Of a DNA stretch of 32,000 nt, positions 28,101 to 32,000 are shown piece by piece. Source of the DNA: Amoeboradix gromovi X-113 (lineage: Eukaryota > Fungi > Sanchytriomycota); assembly GCA_018985225.1 (NCBI GenBank), contig JADGIF010000024.1:3606-35605 (forward strand), in the 5' to 3' direction. Under the pieces are notes generated by a model. It did no database searches. It saw only the letters and a list, made by a program, of their open reading frames with translations, and was not told the DNA's origin. The position numbers and the translations under genes are program-made. Each line of letters opens with the position of its first letter. Position 1 is the first letter of the stretch.

Positions 28101-30312
28101 CTAGTAGTCTCTGCTCTGTCTCATTATGGCTTCTGTTAATGTCTTCACTCTATCGTGGCTTTGTCTTGCTGTTTCTGTTAATTGCAATAGCTTTTTGATC
28201 CCAATGCTAAACTTGTGATCCATGTTGTATTGCATTGGTACTCCGCTAATCTGCAATTCCTCTAAAACCCGCTGTAGCTCCAACTCATTTAGCAGTTTTA
28301 CCTGTTGTAACACTAATTCTACTGATGGTAAATCGTATAATGGCGCCACGTTTATCTCGCTCGTAAATGCCTCCAACATATCCATTTGTTGCAATACATT
28401 TCTGTACGTACTAGTACATATAATAAGCAATCTTCTGTCTTTTGGTGGCTGTTTCTTCAGGAGCACCAGTAATGTTTGTAAAACAGAATTAGAGAAACGC
28501 GGCCCAATGTTAACCCATTCTACATTAGTAATGTATACCTAACAATCTTTCTACACAATCTACTACTATCACACTTGTGTTTGATTTGTAGGAGTCTTCA
28601 AAAATCTTTGTAATTTCTCTAATCTTTTGCTGCTCGCTGAACCCTACCATAGTCTCAGGACTGATAAACTTGATATACGGGAATTCGCTTTTAGATGCAA
28701 TCTTTGCAGCCAATGCTGTTTTACCACTTCCGGGTGGGCCATAAAGTAAAATACTAACTAATGGGGTTTTGTTAGAATCTTTAACTTGCTTAACAAAGAG
28801 CTCACCATGTTCTAATATACTAATACTAGACTGCAATGGAATGATTCCGTTGGCAAAACATTTGGTCAACTCTACCTCATCGCTACCAAAAGCAGCTTGA
28901 ACTTCATTTAACGCCTGTAGAAAATCATTTCTATCAATTATGATGTTCTCTAAATCAGTCTTTAATGCAGCATCTACTTTGACATGCCTATTGAAGGCAA
29001 ACGAAGTTGCACTGCGGACCAGACCATTTATTTCAGCGCCACTAAAGTTCTTTGTAATTTGACTTAATTCAGCCAGATCAACATCAGTAGCCATCATTTT
29101 GTTGTTAGTCATTTTAGCAGTGTGTATCTTGAGTATCTGCAGTCTACCATGCTCATCAGGTAATCCTATTTCCATATGCACTTCTAACCTTCCTGGTCTT
29201 AACAAGGCTTCATCAATCAGTTCTTTCCTATTTGTCATTCCTATTAAAAGTATGTTATTAAGCTGCTCTACACCATCCATCTTTGCCAGTAACTGATTAA
29301 CTATTGAGTCACCAGTTCCCGTTCCATCTTGTTTTCCACCTCTTTGCCTACAAATAGCATCCAACTCATCGAATATAATTATATGCAATCCACTAGCCTC
29401 TCCTTTTTCTTTGTATTCTAGTTCAGCAGCACTAAAGAGTTTGCGGACATTTTCCTCAGACTGCCCAACAAATTTGTTCAATATTTCTGGGCCATTTACA
29501 ATTATAGGCTCTTTACTATTCAGCATTTTACCAATCTGACGAGCCATCAGCGTTTTACCAGTTCCGGGTGGTCCAAATAATAAGATGCCCTTTACATGTT
29601 GAATTCCTAGCTTTTCAATTATATTGGGAGGGAATATCCGACTAGCAAACGCTCTTCTGAATATATTGGCAAACTCGCTATCCAAACCACCTATTCCTAA
29701 TTCCTCAAACTTAAAGTTTGGTTGAATCAATTTGGTGTGATGTGCGTTTTGACCTGAAAATTGAATGGCTGTGTCAGGAGCAGGACTGAATTGTATATTG
29801 GTAGATTGATTTAGTATACCATAGGGACAATCGACCGATGAACTCAGATCTTTAGGATGAAGTGCTTGAATTTGTTTGCAAGTCAAAATCATATTCATGC
29901 CTTGATACTCAACTAAATACGGTTGGTTAACGCTAAAACAATGGTTTTTGAATATTTGAGAGATGGAGGAGCTAAAAGCAGTAGAGTCGATCTTAATTGT
30001 CAACTTTTTGGTCAAGGACACTTCAAATGCTAACAAGGTTAAAACATGTTCAACAGGAATCACCTTGACCAGCACAGATTGGTTTAGCAGACTATTCATC
30101 CATTTACGTTGCAGTAGGTTGGTGCCAATATCACCAGAATTCACCGATGCGTCGCTTGAACTTGTAAATAAAAATTTAGAGTTGCTTACTTGTAACTCCG
30201 CGTAGAACAACTGTACATTTGAAGTTAAATTTTTTACATCTTTCGTATTGAAATATAACATATTTGAGAATGCCATGCTTTCCAGAGGTACTTTATTAAT
30301 TGAAAAACTCAT
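28101..30312 (-). CDS. SEC18: Vesicle-fusing AAA ATPase Sec18/NSF; complement(join(28101..28519,28539..30312)), ~730 aa
   Basis: GIGGLDSEFANIFRRAFASR, two Walker A motifs (GPPGTGKT, GPPGSGKT) and LHIIIFDELDAIC. Splicing restores ERLLEWVNIGPRFSN and fuses two ORF-track entries. Confidence 0.97.
28520..28538 (-). other. 19-nt spliceosomal intron in SEC18
   Basis: GTATACATTACTAATGTAG, phase 1, containing the branch-point-like TACTAAT. Removal gives the conserved NSF D2 sequence. Confidence 0.92.
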
Positions 30313-30879
30313 TTGAAGCAAAGTAACAGGGATAAGTCATCTCATCGATTTCTTCATTGAAAATGTCCACCAATCGATGATGATTAATTGCGAATTTATG
30401 GATGCTGCTAATAAAATGAACTCATTATTAAATTACTCAAGTGATATACGTATTCGGAAAAACTTTTAGGTATTTAGTAATTATCGATTTCTATTATATA
30501 AATAATATTTGATGGTTAAGTGAGTTCCAACGGATTTATAGACTATGTTGCTCTGATTTTCTAGCTGAATAAAACTCAGGATTCTTTCTTTTCATGTATG
30601 ACAAGCGTCGCCAAGACTCTTCAGCCAAAGTGTCTCAAATCTAAAGACATCAAAAAGCGAAATATAGCAGACTATTCTGCGCTCAGAAAATACAAATTAG
30701 ATTTGTACTCGTAACAAACACTGCACTCTCCAAATAAATTGGCATCCTCTAAAATATTTTTGTATGTTCTTATTTTAACATTTTGCCACAATACTCCTTC
30801 ACGCACATTGTTCGAATGGAAGGGAACGAAAATGAAGAGCATCAGGCTCCTAACAAACCAGATGTGGCCCTAGACTCAA

Positions 30880-31530
30880 GTGCAGAAGTACAATACAAGA
30901 GACGCTGCCAAGATGACCCTTCACCATATACGCACCAACGTTTATATATCTGATGGGATTGAAACCTGTATTCAAAGCATTCCTGGAGTTGCAATAGAGG
31001 CAGGCATGTTCTCCAACTACTATTTCCTGAAGCTCCCAGAAGTGGGTGAAGTACCTTTGCTGACCAATCCTTTTTCTATTCTGCCTTCAAAATGATTGCT
31101 GGCTCCCTCTAAGGTGGATGCAGATAAGTTTGGTGAAGCTCTCAAGACTGGTATCGTCTAAGACCAGACAAGCTGGACAAGTTTTAATACAGACATATCA
31201 ATCAGATGCTCGACTACGTTGGGAAAGAGCCTACATGAATAAATATGGATGGCGCACAATCTCTAAATACAGCAATAAAGAGTATCAACAGAAGATTGGT
31301 CTGAAGAAAGCAAGTAGAGGCGCAATCAGCGTATGATAAAGGCAAGACTACATGAAGCAATCACTGAGTTACCTGGTGCAGTCAAAGCAGTGGGAAAGGC
31401 TATGAGAAGAAGAGGCGTTGAATTGTGCGATGTGACTGAAGACTGCACTAGTCAACTGTGCAAATGCTGTCACCAGAAAGTTGCAGACCAGAGGTGTTTA
31501 TACGCAAGTGCTGGTTGACCAGAGCTTTCA
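30880..31530 (+). pseudogene. Fanzor1 (eukaryotic TnpB-like RNA-guided nuclease) remnant with frameshifts and internal deletions
   Basis: Blocks in Fanzor order across shifting frames: AKMTL..IE..VAIEAGMFSNYYFLKL.E..EVPLL..F, FYSAFKMIAG, WYRLRPD, HINQMLDYVGKE, KYSNKEYQQKIGLKK, then PGAVKAVGKAMRRRGVELCDVTEDCTSQLCKCCH (RuvC-II Glu plus first CxxC). RuvC-I and RuvC-III motifs are not seen. Confidence 0.75.
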
Positions 31531-32000
31531 TGTGCTCCTAGGAGAAAGCTAGTGAAGGGGTTAGGATCCCAATATTCTCTTGCTCTACTTTGGTTCCCTT
31601 ATGATGAGGTGAAATGTTTTCAGCGCGGGTAATAAAAGAAAGTCTAATTGGAAAACAAGAGGAAAGAAATTGCTAAAGCATAATGAAAGCATTTACTGGT
31701 GAATTGTCTACAAAGTTTAAATCCCTATTCGATCGCCTCAGGCCAGCAGAACCGCGACCAAATACTGTAATTTAGCGACTGACTTTTCAAGTTTCTCTGC
31801 AGAAATTATTGATTTCCTGGGAACTAAGCCTTTTAATTAGCAGCTATTCTTAATAGTAGTCTTGGGCCTGTTCCTAAAATTCACCTATTCTAAATAGTTG
31901 TACCAATCAAAACTTTTGGTAAGGATTTTCGGAGCTGCGACTCTATTTATAAGCAGTGTACTGTCAAGTATATTAACATGAGAATCTTCTTGCTAATCCA

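Noticed and set aside
547-30205. Numerous 60-150 aa ORFs antisense to or nested in large genes (e.g. 547..918, 4611..5039, 17101..17544, 24513..24947, 28222..28542)
   Set aside because: They are shadow frames of well-supported genes, with no recognisable motifs.
1-32000. CRISPR arrays, tRNA or rRNA genes
   Set aside because: No regularly spaced repeats, cloverleaf with T/D-loop consensus or rRNA-like sequence was seen.

Overview
Eukaryotic nuclear DNA from a very compact, AT-rich genome. The gene set points to an early-diverging fungus or close relative, which is inference. The window holds about 13 housekeeping genes: MRD1/RBM19, an unannotated 60-aa MIM1, a GT71 mannosyltransferase, SPF1, a shortened U1-70K, RAV1/DMXL, FHIP/FAM160, UTP21, DPH6, CTU2, a RanBD protein, BCAT and SEC18/NSF. 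The tightest gene gaps are 3-55 bp. Six islands of 0.9-1.8 kb of decayed or accessory DNA interrupt this packing. Highlights: (1) three ultrashort spliceosomal introns of 19, 20 and 21 nt (GTAT...YTNATKTAG, putative branch A fixed at -6), with a minimal U1-70K in the same window; (2) two unannotated paralogous 58-aa ORFs with a strong purifying-selection signature; (3) a decayed Fanzor1 (eukaryotic TnpB) remnant; (4) a two-copy TIR element family whose ORF ends inside the TIR; (5) island reading frames broken mainly by TGA, possibly from a code-4 donor. All calls come from manual translation and motif recognition; no database searches were run.
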